From positions 33,990 to 97,989 of the forward strand of contig JBLKOP010000004.1 in NCBI GenBank assembly GCA_047602905.1: 64,000 nt of DNA. The letters are read 5' to 3'. The notes under the pieces were generated by a model, which saw only the letters and a program-made list of their open reading frames with translations, did no database searches and was not told the origin of the DNA. The DNA comes from Candidatus Woesearchaeota archaeon (GTDB taxonomy: Archaea; Nanobdellota; Nanobdellia; Woesearchaeales; SKIA01). Position numbers and translations under genes: made by a program. Below are positions 18,093-27,586 of the stretch, piece after piece (position 1 is the stretch's first letter; each line of letters opens with the position of its first letter).

Positions 18093-19790
18093 GTGTTTGT
18101 GAGAGTTGAAAACACGGTTTTAGGTGTTCAAGAAGTACGTAACCCTTCTGGTCTTGTTGCGAGTAACGGAAACTTCTTTTTGTTCTCAGCACAGCAAATA
18201 ACGAGTTCTTGGGAGGGGCTGTACTTTTTTGATTCAGAAACGGTTAGTGCGCATAAGTTTCTTCACGCAGTACTTCCTCAAACACCTTCTTCTCGTCTCG
18301 TAGCAACTTCTCAAGCAGTTTTTCGCAGTTCTGAATCGTTCTCTGAAAAAATGTTTTTTCAGGAGAGCACGTGGATGTATGAAGCAAGAGGAGAGGGGGG
18401 TGTGGAGTTCTTTCTTGATGCTCGAGAAGCTAATGATTATGACACGCAAGGACGTTTTCATACAATTACTGCTCTTGGGAGGTTTATCTTTCGTATTGAC
18501 ACAAAGGATGAATCGTTTTTTTTGCGCTCAAACACTCCTCTTCAGGAGCTTGATGAATGGGTTGAGCACTCAACGAGTTTTGATGCTTCTCGTGGGCAAG
18601 GGAGTTCTTGGTGGTCTCATAAGCGTATAAGGTTTTTTTGCTCTGGTGTTCTTCGTGTTGCTATTGCTCGCTCCTATGAGGAGTTGGTGCGCGTAGATTG
18701 GGGTGTTGTTCTTTCTGAGCGCTCGGATACGTTTTTTCTTGTTTCTTCTCAGCTTGAGGAATTAACTGTCAGTACGTCTTTTGGTCCTGCTGTTCTTGCG
18801 GGTTTTCCGTGGTTTACTCAGGTGTGGAGTCGTGATGAGGCTATTGCTCTTGGTGGGTTGTTTGTTCAAGAACGTTTTGCGGTTGCTAAAGAAATTCTTC
18901 TTCGTCAAGTTCTTCGTGTAGGTGAGGACGGGCGTATTGCTAATCGTACTCCTGGTGCTGCTCTTGGGTGCGCTGATGGTGTTGGTTGGGTGTTTACTCG
19001 TTTGCACGAATTAGTTGTTAAGCAGCCTGGTTTGTTCTCACAAGAGGAGTTACGTGTATGTTATGATCAGTTGTGTTTGTCTCTTACGCGCTTACAAAAA
19101 AACTATTTTCGTGATGGTCTTGTCTTTAGTGCTGCTCAGGAGACGTGGATGGATACAGAAGGGTTTACTGGTGATACTCGTGAGGGGTTTTGTATTGAAA
19201 TTCAAGCGCTTACTCTTCGTATGTTCTCTGCTGCTGAGTTCTTCTCTTCTCTTCTGGGTGAGCCTAGGGGTTTTTGGTCTTCTCAGCAGCAAGAGTTGCG
19301 CGTGCGTGTTCGTGAAGAGTTTTTTGTTGATGAGAAGCTCTGTGACCAAGCTGGTGTAGTTCTTGCTCGTCCTAACGCGTTTATTGCTGCGTATGTGTAT
19401 CCGCAACTACTCTCTGTTGGTGAGTGGCGGGGAGTGTTTTCTTGGTTGATTGATCGTCTCTGGCTTTCTTGGGGCGGGTTTGCTACTATTGATGTGGATA
19501 ATGAGTTGTTTTGTTTAGAGCATGCTGGGGTGAGTGATGTTTCGTATCATCGAGGGGATAGTTGGTATTGGCTTAATGCGCTTGCAGGTGTTGTTTTGTC
19601 CTCTCACGAGCAGTTTCGTGTTTACGCGCAAGAAGTTGTTTCTTCGTGTGAGCGAGAACTTTCTTGTTTGGGCGTTGTTGGTCGGTTAAGTGAGATTAGT
19701 AGTGCTTCAGAACAAGTTGCTTTTGGGTGTTTTTCTCAGGCGTGGAGTGCTTCTATGCTTTTGGAGCTTCTTTCTTGTCTTGAGGAGTAG
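18093..19790 (+). CDS. Glycogen debranching enzyme, GDE_C (amylo-alpha-1,6-glucosidase) family
   Basis: GFPWFTQVWSRDEAIAL and downstream GDE_C blocks. GTG start. Confidence 0.75.
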   Translation: MFVRVENTVLGVQEVRNPSGLVASNGNFFLFSAQQITSSWEGLYFFDSETVSAHKFLHAVLPQTPSSRLVATSQAVFRSSESFSEKMFFQESTWMYEARGEGGVEFFLDAREANDYDTQGRFHTITALGRFIFRIDTKDESFFLRSNTPLQELDEWVEHSTSFDASRGQGSSWWSHKRIRFFCSGVLRVAIARSYEELVRVDWGVVLSERSDTFFLVSSQLEELTVSTSFGPAVLAGFPWFTQVWSRDEAIALGGLFVQERFAVAKEILLRQVLRVGEDGRIANRTPGAALGCADGVGWVFTRLHELVVKQPGLFSQEELRVCYDQLCLSLTRLQKNYFRDGLVFSAAQETWMDTEGFTGDTREGFCIEIQALTLRMFSAAEFFSSLLGEPRGFWSSQQQELRVRVREEFFVDEKLCDQAGVVLARPNAFIAAYVYPQLLSVGEWRGVFSWLIDRLWLSWGGFATIDVDNELFCLEHAGVSDVSYHRGDSWYWLNALAGVVLSSHEQFRVYAQEVVSSCERELSCLGVVGRLSEISSASEQVAFGCFSQAWSASMLLELLSCLEE

Positions 19791-20334
19791 CGAGTGCTGC
19801 TTCTATGTCCTCATGCGTGTAGCCTGCTTGTTTGAGCTCCTCATTTATTTCTACGTCTTTTTTTCCTTGTAGCTTTCCTATTCGCATAAGGTTTTTGATT
19901 GCTTCTGCTTGCTCGGCTGCTTCTATGGCTGCTATTTCTTCTTGTATCTTTGCTCGTAGGTCTTCTTTCTTAAAGGTTTTTTCATACCATTGCTTGATAG
20001 TTTCTTGTTTTGTGTACGCGTAGTAACTGCCTCCTATGAGGAGAAGCGCGAGTGCTGCTATTGCTGCGTAGAAGAGTAGCGAGTATTCTCTTGGTGGCTC
20101 TATTTGTATGTCTACTGTTACGAGTATTCGTTCTTCTACGTTAAAGGTTCGTAGGATGAGTGAGTTTGTGCTTGTGAGGTTTTCTCCTTCTGGTGGGATG
20201 TATTGTAGGGTGATGTTTCTTCTTTCTCCTGGAAAGAGTGTGAGGAATTGTTCGCTAATAACTGCTCTTGGTTCTTGGTCTCGTAGAGAAGCGGTTACTT
20301 CTATGTTTGTGTCAAGGAGGTTTTCTATTTGTAC
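19753..20334 (-). other. In-frame continuation (194 codons, no start codon) of surface-protein gene 20335..22563 beyond its TAA; encodes C-terminal TM anchor plus charged cytoplasmic tail
   Basis: Own translation in the same frame as the 742-aa ORF after TAA at 20335-20337: VQIENLLDTNIEV...VTVDIQIEPPREYSLLFYAAIAALALLLIGGSYYAYTKQETIKQWYEKTFKKEDLRAK...ATPQDKKEAPKA*. Not in ORF track because it lacks an ATG. Confidence 0.6.
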
Positions 20335-22563
20335 TTAGTAGTTTTCTGTGTCGGTGATGCTTATCGTTGCTGGGCGTACTTGTAGGGGTCTTGTTGCGAA
20401 GCGTAAGATGTTGGTTGCGAAGGGGGTGATGAACGTTACTGATCCTGACTCGCACGTTATAGTTCCTTCATACACTCTGTTTTCTGTTTGTGTGCTTGCA
20501 AAACGCACGGGGTATTCGTACAGGTTTTCTTGTGTGTTGTGTACGTTAAAGGGGGTGTTGCTGCTTATTCCTTCGCTCTCCCATTCTAGGCTGCAGCTAA
20601 ATTCGTGATCGCTTTTTTCTATTGTAAACGGTAGTGTTGCGCTTGCTCCAAAAATCGTTATTTCTTCTGGTATCGTTATTTCTAGTTCTGGTTGTTGGTC
20701 TAGTATTATGGGAAGTTTAAGGTATTCGTTCGTATTAATTTTTATTCGTAAGTACCCAAAGCTTTCTTCTGTGTCATCAAGTACTCGTATGGCTATTCTT
20801 CTAAAGCTGTATGCTCCTATGAAATCTCTTTCTTCTATAAACAGTTTTCCTTGTAGGTTGTTTGGGAGTTCGTACTCGAGGTTTTCTAAATCAAAGATTG
20901 TTGGGTTTACGAGGTCTATGGTTGTTTCTTCTCGGTCTAGAAACAAGATTTTTGGTGTTGTTCTAATGATTGGTCGGGCGTGGTTTTTGAGTACATAAAA
21001 CGCCATTGCGTTTCTTTTGGGGTCACTGAGGATGCTGGCTACTGCTTCTTCGTATGCTTGTACGGTTTCTTCATCAGTGAGTTCTTCGTCAGTAAGGTTA
21101 AGTGCTGTTTCTTCTTCTGCTAAGCTTACGTATCTTTGCGCGTCTCGTAGGTTTTCTTCGTGTCGTTCATCGTTTTCTAGTGCCATGATTGCGTATCCTG
21201 TTTGTACGATGCTGTGCGTTACGCTATCATTTACTCTGTAGGGGATTCTTTCTCGTTCTTCTTGGGTTGCTTCAAAGTAGCTGTGCGGGTAGTAGGTGTT
21301 ATTATTATTCCAGCTTCCGTCGTTTCGTTGGTAGTAGAGAAGGTTTTGTATAACTGCTTGTCGTTGTGTGCTAATGAGTTGCGCGTATAGCGCGTTATTA
21401 ATTGTTGTAGGGTTTTCTTCAAGGTTTTTTCCTGCTGTTCGGTCATCTACGAGTAGGCTTGCTAGGTAGTTGCTTGCTTGGCTTTTCTGGTTTGCTGCTA
21501 TGCTTGTTCCTACCGCGAATAGGGTTGTTCGTACGTCACACGTTATTCGTTCGTTTCCAATCGTCCAGCATGGCGGTGGTATGCTGTAGGTGAAGTTGGT
21601 TCCTTGGTAGCTAAGGAGTTGTTCGTTAAACTCGTTGTGTAAGTGTATGAAGACTGGTTCTGTGCATACGATGCTTATTTCTTGCTCGTACATAGGGGTG
21701 AGTTCTCGTATTGTTGTTTCTGGGTTTCTTTCTAGGCTAAAGGTTTCTATGTTGTTGTTGTAGTCGTACACGCAGCTTGTGTCTACGGTGTTGTTGAGGT
21801 TTATTGTGTGGTCTGTTATTCTTGCTTGCCAGCGAGAGTTTTGTGTGAAGTATGTTTGTTCTCGTTGTAGGTAGAGGTGTCCGTCGTGTTGTATTCGTAG
21901 GTTCTCAAAGCCTGCTTGGTTGAGTAGGTAGAGAATGTTTGCTGTTGTACTTGTCTGGCAGTTGGTTGCTGGCCAGCATTTGTCTTCTTCGTCTCGGTTT
22001 AGGGTGAGGTATTGTATTGCTTGTTCTATTCGTTGCTCAAAGAGGTCTGGAAACTTGCTGATTACGAGTAGTCCGTATGCTGTGTCTAGGGGTCCTTGCC
22101 ATCCTCCGTCACTAAATTGTGTTTCTACGACTCTATCTAGTGTTTTACTAAACGCGTTTATGCGTATGCGTTGTTGGAGTTGGAGGTTTTCTTCTGCTTG
22201 TACGTATTCTGCTCTTGCTATTGCTTGTGTGCAGTCGAATTGTTCTAGGTTTATGCTTCCTATATAGCAGTTTTGTGGTCCCCATTTGTATGCTGGTATG
22301 TCTGCGAATTCGTTGGTGTCCTCGCAGAGGATGCTTAGTCGTAGTGGGGTGTCTTGTTCTTCTATGCATGCAAAGAAGGTGAGGTCTTCGTTTTCTAGGT
22401 ATGTGGGTATGGTTTCTTCTTGTATGTATTCGTTGTCTGGTCGTACAAGGTATATTCCTTCTCGGATGTTTTCTTCATACGTTGCGATGACTAGTGGTGT
22501 GCTGAGTGCTAACAGTAGGATGATGGTTATTGTTTGTAGTACTCTCACCTCTTGTTCTCTCAT
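20335..22563 (-). CDS. Large secreted/surface protein (N-terminal signal peptide, many NxT/S sequons); C-terminal anchor apparently separated by in-frame TAA
   Basis: MREQEVRVLQTITIILLLALSTPLVIATYEE signal-like N-term, 742 aa, no cytoplasmic enzyme motifs. See 19753..20334. Confidence 0.6.
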   Translation of the reverse strand: MREQEVRVLQTITIILLLALSTPLVIATYEENIREGIYLVRPDNEYIQEETIPTYLENEDLTFFACIEEQDTPLRLSILCEDTNEFADIPAYKWGPQNCYIGSINLEQFDCTQAIARAEYVQAEENLQLQQRIRINAFSKTLDRVVETQFSDGGWQGPLDTAYGLLVISKFPDLFEQRIEQAIQYLTLNRDEEDKCWPATNCQTSTTANILYLLNQAGFENLRIQHDGHLYLQREQTYFTQNSRWQARITDHTINLNNTVDTSCVYDYNNNIETFSLERNPETTIRELTPMYEQEISIVCTEPVFIHLHNEFNEQLLSYQGTNFTYSIPPPCWTIGNERITCDVRTTLFAVGTSIAANQKSQASNYLASLLVDDRTAGKNLEENPTTINNALYAQLISTQRQAVIQNLLYYQRNDGSWNNNNTYYPHSYFEATQEERERIPYRVNDSVTHSIVQTGYAIMALENDERHEENLRDAQRYVSLAEEETALNLTDEELTDEETVQAYEEAVASILSDPKRNAMAFYVLKNHARPIIRTTPKILFLDREETTIDLVNPTIFDLENLEYELPNNLQGKLFIEERDFIGAYSFRRIAIRVLDDTEESFGYLRIKINTNEYLKLPIILDQQPELEITIPEEITIFGASATLPFTIEKSDHEFSCSLEWESEGISSNTPFNVHNTQENLYEYPVRFASTQTENRVYEGTITCESGSVTFITPFATNILRFATRPLQVRPATISITDTENY

Positions 22564-24914
22564 GTGCTTACCGCTGATCCTAGATACGTATCTAGTTGTT
22601 GTATGTGTTCTTTAAGTGTTTCTTGTTCTTCTGTGCTGAATTGCTCGTATAGGTGTATGATGTCTTCGTATGCTGCGCTTATTTGGTTGATGTTTCCTTG
22701 TGGTGCTATTGTGTATAGGTGTTGTATGCTTGCTTCTAGGTGGTGTTTGTTTGTTGTTGTTTGTAGGTGTTGTATGAGTTCTTGTGTTTGTTCTTGTTGC
22801 TTGGCTGGTAGTGTTTGGTTGAGTTCAAGTATTTCTGGTGTGAGTTCTGCTATGAGTGCTGTGTTTCCTTGGTGTAGTTGTTCTATTGCTTGGCTTGTTA
22901 GTTCGTAGAATGCTTCGAAGTTTTTGTTGTTTGGTTGCTGGAGTTTTTTTCCTGCTACTACTCCTGCTATTGCCATTGTTGTTATGAGTAGGTAGATGAT
23001 GTTTCTTGTCGTGTTTTTTTCGTTTAAGTCTATGGTTACTAGTCCTGTTAGTGTGTTGAGTAGTCCAGGTATTTCTTGTATTTCTTCTGGTACGATGAGT
23101 GTCGTTCCTGGTTGTATCGTGGTTGTTTTGCTGCTGTACGTGTACGTGTTTTCTTTGAATTGTATGATTGGGTTTTCTCGTAGTACGGTGTGCTGGTTGG
23201 TTGTTCGTATGTCTTGTGCTGTTCTTGCAAAGTTTGTTGGTATGAGTTCTATTATTTCTGCTTGTTGTGGTGTTTGTATGGTTTTGTGTACGAAGCTGTG
23301 TGTTTCTTCTTGACCGTTTTTTCGTATTGTTGCTGTGTAGGTTGTTTGGGTGATGGTTGTTTCTTTGAGTGCTTCTTGTATGTTGTAGGTGTAGGTTCGT
23401 TGTTGTTTGTTGTCTTGTATTCCTACTGTTGTGAAGTATTCTTGTATGTGTTCTTGGTTTGCTTCTGGGTACAAGATTTTTTGCTCGTGTTGTTGTATGC
23501 GTACTTCTTGTATGCTTGTTTGCAGTATTTCTTCTATTTCTTCTTTGTTCTGTGCTGTTGTTAGTTGGTTGATTGCTTCTTGTAGGTTGTTGTGTAGGCC
23601 GAGTTGTTTGAGTGCTTCTTCTTTTTGTGCGTCTAGGCGTATGGCTAGTTGTCTTTCTTGTAGTGTTTCTCTTGCTTCTTGTCGTTGTTCTCGGAGTTGG
23701 TTTTCTGCTTCTTCTTGTTCTTGTAGTCGCAGGAGTTCTTCTTCTTGTTCTGCTTGTTCTTGTAGGATTTCTTCTTGTGTGAGGGTGGTTTCTGTTGTTG
23801 TGTTCGTCTCTGTTGTGGTGTTTGTCGTGTTGGTTGTGGGTGCTTCTGGTGTTGTTACTGTGTAGAATTGGTTGGTGTTTTTGGTTACTTGTAGTGTTTC
23901 GTTAAGGTAGCTTCTGTCTAGTCGGTATACGTGTACGCTGTAGTTTCCTTCTTCTACGTTGCTAAACGTTGCTTCTCCGTTGGTTGTTCTTTGTGTTTGT
24001 GTGTTGTTTTCTTTGTCTGTTAAGTCTATGTCGTAGTTGTTTAGTGGGTTGTTGTTTTGGTTGAGTAGCGTTATTTCTACGGTGTAGGTTGGTTTGTTTA
24101 CAGTTATGGTTGTTGTTTTGCTTTCTTGGGTTCCTTTGTTGTCTGTTACTATGAGTGTTGCTTCGTATTCTCCTTCTTCAGTAAACCAGATGTCTATTTT
24201 TTTTTCTTGTTTGGCTGGTGTTATGGTTGTTGGTCCTGCGAATATCCACTGGTAGGTGTAGGGTTCTTCTCCTCCTGTTATTGTTGCTTCAAAGGTTGTT
24301 TTTTTGTTTAGTTCTGCTTTTGTGTTTGTAAAGTCTACTGCTAGGTCTTCTGTTTGTGTTACGCTCCACGTGGCTATTGCTGTTTTGTCTTGTGCGGTGA
24401 GTATTGCTTGGTAGCTTCCTGGTTGTTGTGCTACGTATATGAGGTCGAGTTTGTTTGTTATGCTGATGTTTGTGTATTCTTCTTGTACGGTGTTTGATCG
24501 TCGTATTTCTAGGTGTGCGTTTATTGGTTTGTTTGTTGTTGCTGTGAGCTTGGTTGCTTGGTTTACTTCGTAAATACTTTTTTCTGTTATGAGTGTTATT
24601 TCTAGTTGTTCTTCTTGTAGTTGTAGGGTGAATTGTTTTGTTGCTGTTGTATTTTCGGATTGTACGGTTATGTTGTAGTTTCCTTCTTGTTGTGCTTGAA
24701 ACGTGTAGCTGTTTTGTGTTGTTGTTAGGTTAATGAGTTGTTGTGTTTGGTTGTGTATTGTGAGGTTGTATTCGCTGTTATTTCCGTTCCATGTGATGTC
24801 TATGTTTGTTGGGAGTTCTTGTGTTGTTATTTCTTGTTCTGGGCTTGTTATTTCTATTGCTGTGCTTAGTGGTATGAGTAGGAGTATTGTTATGAGTAGT
24901 GTTGTTTTGTTCAT
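22560..24914 (-). CDS. Large Thr/Asn/Gln-rich surface protein with N-terminal signal peptide, C-terminal TM anchor and ~120-aa cytoplasmic tail
   Basis: MNKTTLLITILLLIPLSTAIE signal. Dense NxT/NxS sequons, Ig-like repeat periodicity, coiled-coil EEL/QEQ segment. TM IIYLLITTMAIAGVVAG near C-term. Confidence 0.6.
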   Translation of the reverse strand: MNKTTLLITILLLIPLSTAIEITSPEQEITTQELPTNIDITWNGNNSEYNLTIHNQTQQLINLTTTQNSYTFQAQQEGNYNITVQSENTTATKQFTLQLQEEQLEITLITEKSIYEVNQATKLTATTNKPINAHLEIRRSNTVQEEYTNISITNKLDLIYVAQQPGSYQAILTAQDKTAIATWSVTQTEDLAVDFTNTKAELNKKTTFEATITGGEEPYTYQWIFAGPTTITPAKQEKKIDIWFTEEGEYEATLIVTDNKGTQESKTTTITVNKPTYTVEITLLNQNNNPLNNYDIDLTDKENNTQTQRTTNGEATFSNVEEGNYSVHVYRLDRSYLNETLQVTKNTNQFYTVTTPEAPTTNTTNTTTETNTTTETTLTQEEILQEQAEQEEELLRLQEQEEAENQLREQRQEARETLQERQLAIRLDAQKEEALKQLGLHNNLQEAINQLTTAQNKEEIEEILQTSIQEVRIQQHEQKILYPEANQEHIQEYFTTVGIQDNKQQRTYTYNIQEALKETTITQTTYTATIRKNGQEETHSFVHKTIQTPQQAEIIELIPTNFARTAQDIRTTNQHTVLRENPIIQFKENTYTYSSKTTTIQPGTTLIVPEEIQEIPGLLNTLTGLVTIDLNEKNTTRNIIYLLITTMAIAGVVAGKKLQQPNNKNFEAFYELTSQAIEQLHQGNTALIAELTPEILELNQTLPAKQQEQTQELIQHLQTTTNKHHLEASIQHLYTIAPQGNINQISAAYEDIIHLYEQFSTEEQETLKEHIQQLDTYLGSAVST

Positions 24915-25094
24915 TTGTTGCTTTATGTTGTGCAGCGTTTGTTTTACTTGTATTCTTTCGGGGGCGCCGAATTTTTAAAAGTATCTACTTCAGGGATACC
25001 AGTATACGTTTTTCCTCACTAAAAAGAAGAAATACTACTTGTAAGTAACAATAAATCCATAGTATTTATATACTATAATAACTACTTAACAGTA

Positions 25095-25370
25095 ATGAAA
25101 GAATATATCTTGGTTCCTGTACTCATAGCAAGCATCCTCGGAGTAGCCTTAGAACTAGAAGAACTAGGAATGCAAGCAAGCGAGAAAACACTCCAATTCG
25201 CGCAAGAAGCAGTAAGCGCGCTAGACTGCGCGTATGAAGCAAGACCAATAACTGAGTGCTCGCCAACAATAACAAACACTCAATTCAAAGAAGAAATCGA
25301 GCAAACAAACAAACTCCTACAAGAACTCAGAGACCAAACCAGTTCCTCTTTCGCCCAACAACAAGAATAA
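25095..25370 (+). CDS. Possible small secreted protein
   Basis: 91-aa ORF with hydrophobic N-terminus, in the A-rich block. 44-nt convergent overlap with 25327..26910. Weak. Confidence 0.25.
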   Translation: MKEYILVPVLIASILGVALELEELGMQASEKTLQFAQEAVSALDCAYEARPITECSPTITNTQFKEEIEQTNKLLQELRDQTSSSFAQQQE

Positions 25371-26910
25371 CAGGAACCAAAACCAATAGTAACAACCCAA
25401 TAATCTCAACGGAGCGCGTACGAACAAAATTCCACGCCTCATTAACCACGTTCTCAACCACTAACGTACGCAAAACAACATCTGAGGAAACTCCGTACAC
25501 GCTAGGAAGTAACAGACGAGAATCACCAGAATCAGTAATGTAAGAAACCTCCCAGACACCATCAGGAGATAACGAATCAATAACCCACAACCCGCGCATC
25601 TCCGGCTGCTGCGTCATCTGAGAAAACTCTGCAGAATCAGAAAGCAACTCACGAATAGTAATATCACTTAAAGAACTCTCCCCTAAATTACGAACAGTAA
25701 GCGTAACAGAACTCACCTCATCAGAGACATGACTAACGCGCTTCTGCACGTACAAACTCTGCTTAGAAACGTACTGACGAATAAACGGAACAGGATTCGA
25801 GTAAACAACAGAAGAACCAATAGTCGCCTCAGCACGAGGATATGAATCAATACCCGCAAGAACCGTATCCTCAAGAAACGCATCATACGTTATACGAGTA
25901 GAACCTCTTGCAGGAACTTCTCCAGACCAAACAAGCTCCTCTGAACTCCTAAACCCAGCAGGTAACGAATCAACTAACGTAAAGCTGCGCAAAGAAGGCT
26001 GAAAATTATACAGCTGCAAAGAAACTCGTACAGGCTCTCCAGGAACAGCCAACGTATTACTAACAGACTTACGCAGCAAATACTCAGAGGAAGCAATAAA
26101 CGCAGAAGTATTTACTGACTCATTAAGAAACTCAAGCTCCTCAACAGGAATAGATAAGTTCTGCTCAGCTAAGTCCACTTGCAGCACTTCTCCTGCTCGT
26201 ACGCGCAGAGCTTGTTGGTTTTCAGAAACAACAAAGGGTTCTTGTACAAGAAGTTCTTGCTGCTCGTTTACCGTTGCTTCTACAACAAGCACGTACGCTC
26301 CAGGTGCTAGCTCGTCGGTGTAGGGAAGAATGATTCGTTCTTGCTCTCCTGGCAGTACTTGCAGTTGTTGCGGGTACGTTACGCTTCCTAGCTGCTCATC
26401 TCCTTGTAGTATTTGTATTTGTACACGGTAATACGCAATAACGTTTCCAAAGTTCGTTAGTTCTATGTGTACAGGCAGTGTTTGTCCTTCTCGTATCGTT
26501 TCTGTGGATGCAGTTAGGCTTGCTTCTAAGTTAGGCGTTCCTGCTATGGGTATGTGTATGGTGCTGTTTGCAACTACTCGTTGGTCTTCTACAAGCTCGT
26601 AGATGAGCTTGTGCGTTTCTGGCCCGAGAGGAGGTATGGTTGCGCTTATCTGAAAGTTCTTGCTTTCTTGGGGTCGTAAGAACAGCGTTTCTTCTTGTAT
26701 AGATACTGCTTCTGTGAGGTATTGTGCGAAGGGGTGTAGTCGTAGCGTGTATTCTGCTGGTCTAGCAAGGGTGTTTGTTACAGTAAGTATTTCTGAGAAG
26801 CTCTCTCCTATCTGCGCGTCTACTGTCGTAGTTTCTGGTTGTATCTGTGCTGCTGTGAGTGCAAGGAGGATAAGAAGTACTAGTTTGTAGTGCTCACTCA
26901 CGCTCTTCAT
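25327..26910 (-). CDS. Secreted surface protein with N-terminal signal peptide and C-terminal TM anchor (short basic tail RKRNWFGL)
   Basis: MKSVSEHYKLVLLILLALTAAQIQ signal. Beta-rich repeat-like body. C-terminal IIGLLLLVLVPVILVVGRKRN. Confidence 0.55.
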   Translation of the reverse strand: MKSVSEHYKLVLLILLALTAAQIQPETTTVDAQIGESFSEILTVTNTLARPAEYTLRLHPFAQYLTEAVSIQEETLFLRPQESKNFQISATIPPLGPETHKLIYELVEDQRVVANSTIHIPIAGTPNLEASLTASTETIREGQTLPVHIELTNFGNVIAYYRVQIQILQGDEQLGSVTYPQQLQVLPGEQERIILPYTDELAPGAYVLVVEATVNEQQELLVQEPFVVSENQQALRVRAGEVLQVDLAEQNLSIPVEELEFLNESVNTSAFIASSEYLLRKSVSNTLAVPGEPVRVSLQLYNFQPSLRSFTLVDSLPAGFRSSEELVWSGEVPARGSTRITYDAFLEDTVLAGIDSYPRAEATIGSSVVYSNPVPFIRQYVSKQSLYVQKRVSHVSDEVSSVTLTVRNLGESSLSDITIRELLSDSAEFSQMTQQPEMRGLWVIDSLSPDGVWEVSYITDSGDSRLLLPSVYGVSSDVVLRTLVVENVVNEAWNFVRTRSVEIIGLLLLVLVPVILVVGRKRNWFGL

Positions 26911-26946
26911 ACACGGTTTTTGTAGTCTAGAGTATATAATTGTTTT

Positions 26947-27513
26947 CTAGAATGGGGTGAGTGCGTATGTGTATGCTACGCTCATCACAGCTCCTGCAGT
27001 TGCGTATAGGGTTTTTGTGAGTAGCGAAGGTTTTTTTGGTTGTGTATAACGTACTATTCTTGTTCTCAGTAAGTTTTTTATTCGTTCTCGCTCGTGACTA
27101 AAGGTTTCTGAATTCTTTGCTTTTCTTCGTAAGTACGCGTTGTTGTCTATTTCGTCAAGGCACAGTATTGCTTCTTGCTCACTCATCGTTTCTAAGTTAT
27201 TTTCTAGTGTGCTGAATCGGTTTGTGTAGTGTTGTCTGCTGTTAATAAGTTGCTCATACATGGGCGTGTGTGTTGGTACTGCTTGGTTTGTGTTCGTGTA
27301 GAGTTGGTCGCTGAGGTCTTTGTAGCCTTCTCGTCCGTTTCTGTGTCTTCTTCGTAGCGCTGCTGCTAAGTGGCTTGTTTGTCGTTGTTGCTGAGGACTT
27401 AGCTGGTAGTGTTGGAGTTGTTGTATCGTGTTGGTTATTCGTTTCTTGCTTGTGTGCGTTATGCGAGTGTATACGTCTGTTTGTAACGTGCTAAGTAGTG
27501 CTTCTAAGCTCAT
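26947..27513 (-). CDS. Hypothetical tail-anchored protein (coiled-coil N-terminus, C-terminal TM)
   Basis: C-terminal LLTKTLYATAGAVMSVAYTYALTPF hydrophobic helix. No family recognised. Confidence 0.35.
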   Translation of the reverse strand: MSLEALLSTLQTDVYTRITHTSKKRITNTIQQLQHYQLSPQQQRQTSHLAAALRRRHRNGREGYKDLSDQLYTNTNQAVPTHTPMYEQLINSRQHYTNRFSTLENNLETMSEQEAILCLDEIDNNAYLRRKAKNSETFSHERERIKNLLRTRIVRYTQPKKPSLLTKTLYATAGAVMSVAYTYALTPF

Positions 27514-27586
27514 AAGTACCTAGTTGTTGTGCGTGTTTATATGCTGTTTCTAAGAAAAGGTGAAAAGTATTTGTTATGAGCAGAAA

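Noticed and set aside
22996-24311. Multiple Cys/Phe-rich + strand ORFs inside the 784-aa surface-protein gene
   Set aside because: Antisense shadows. Composition mirrors the A/C-rich coding strand.
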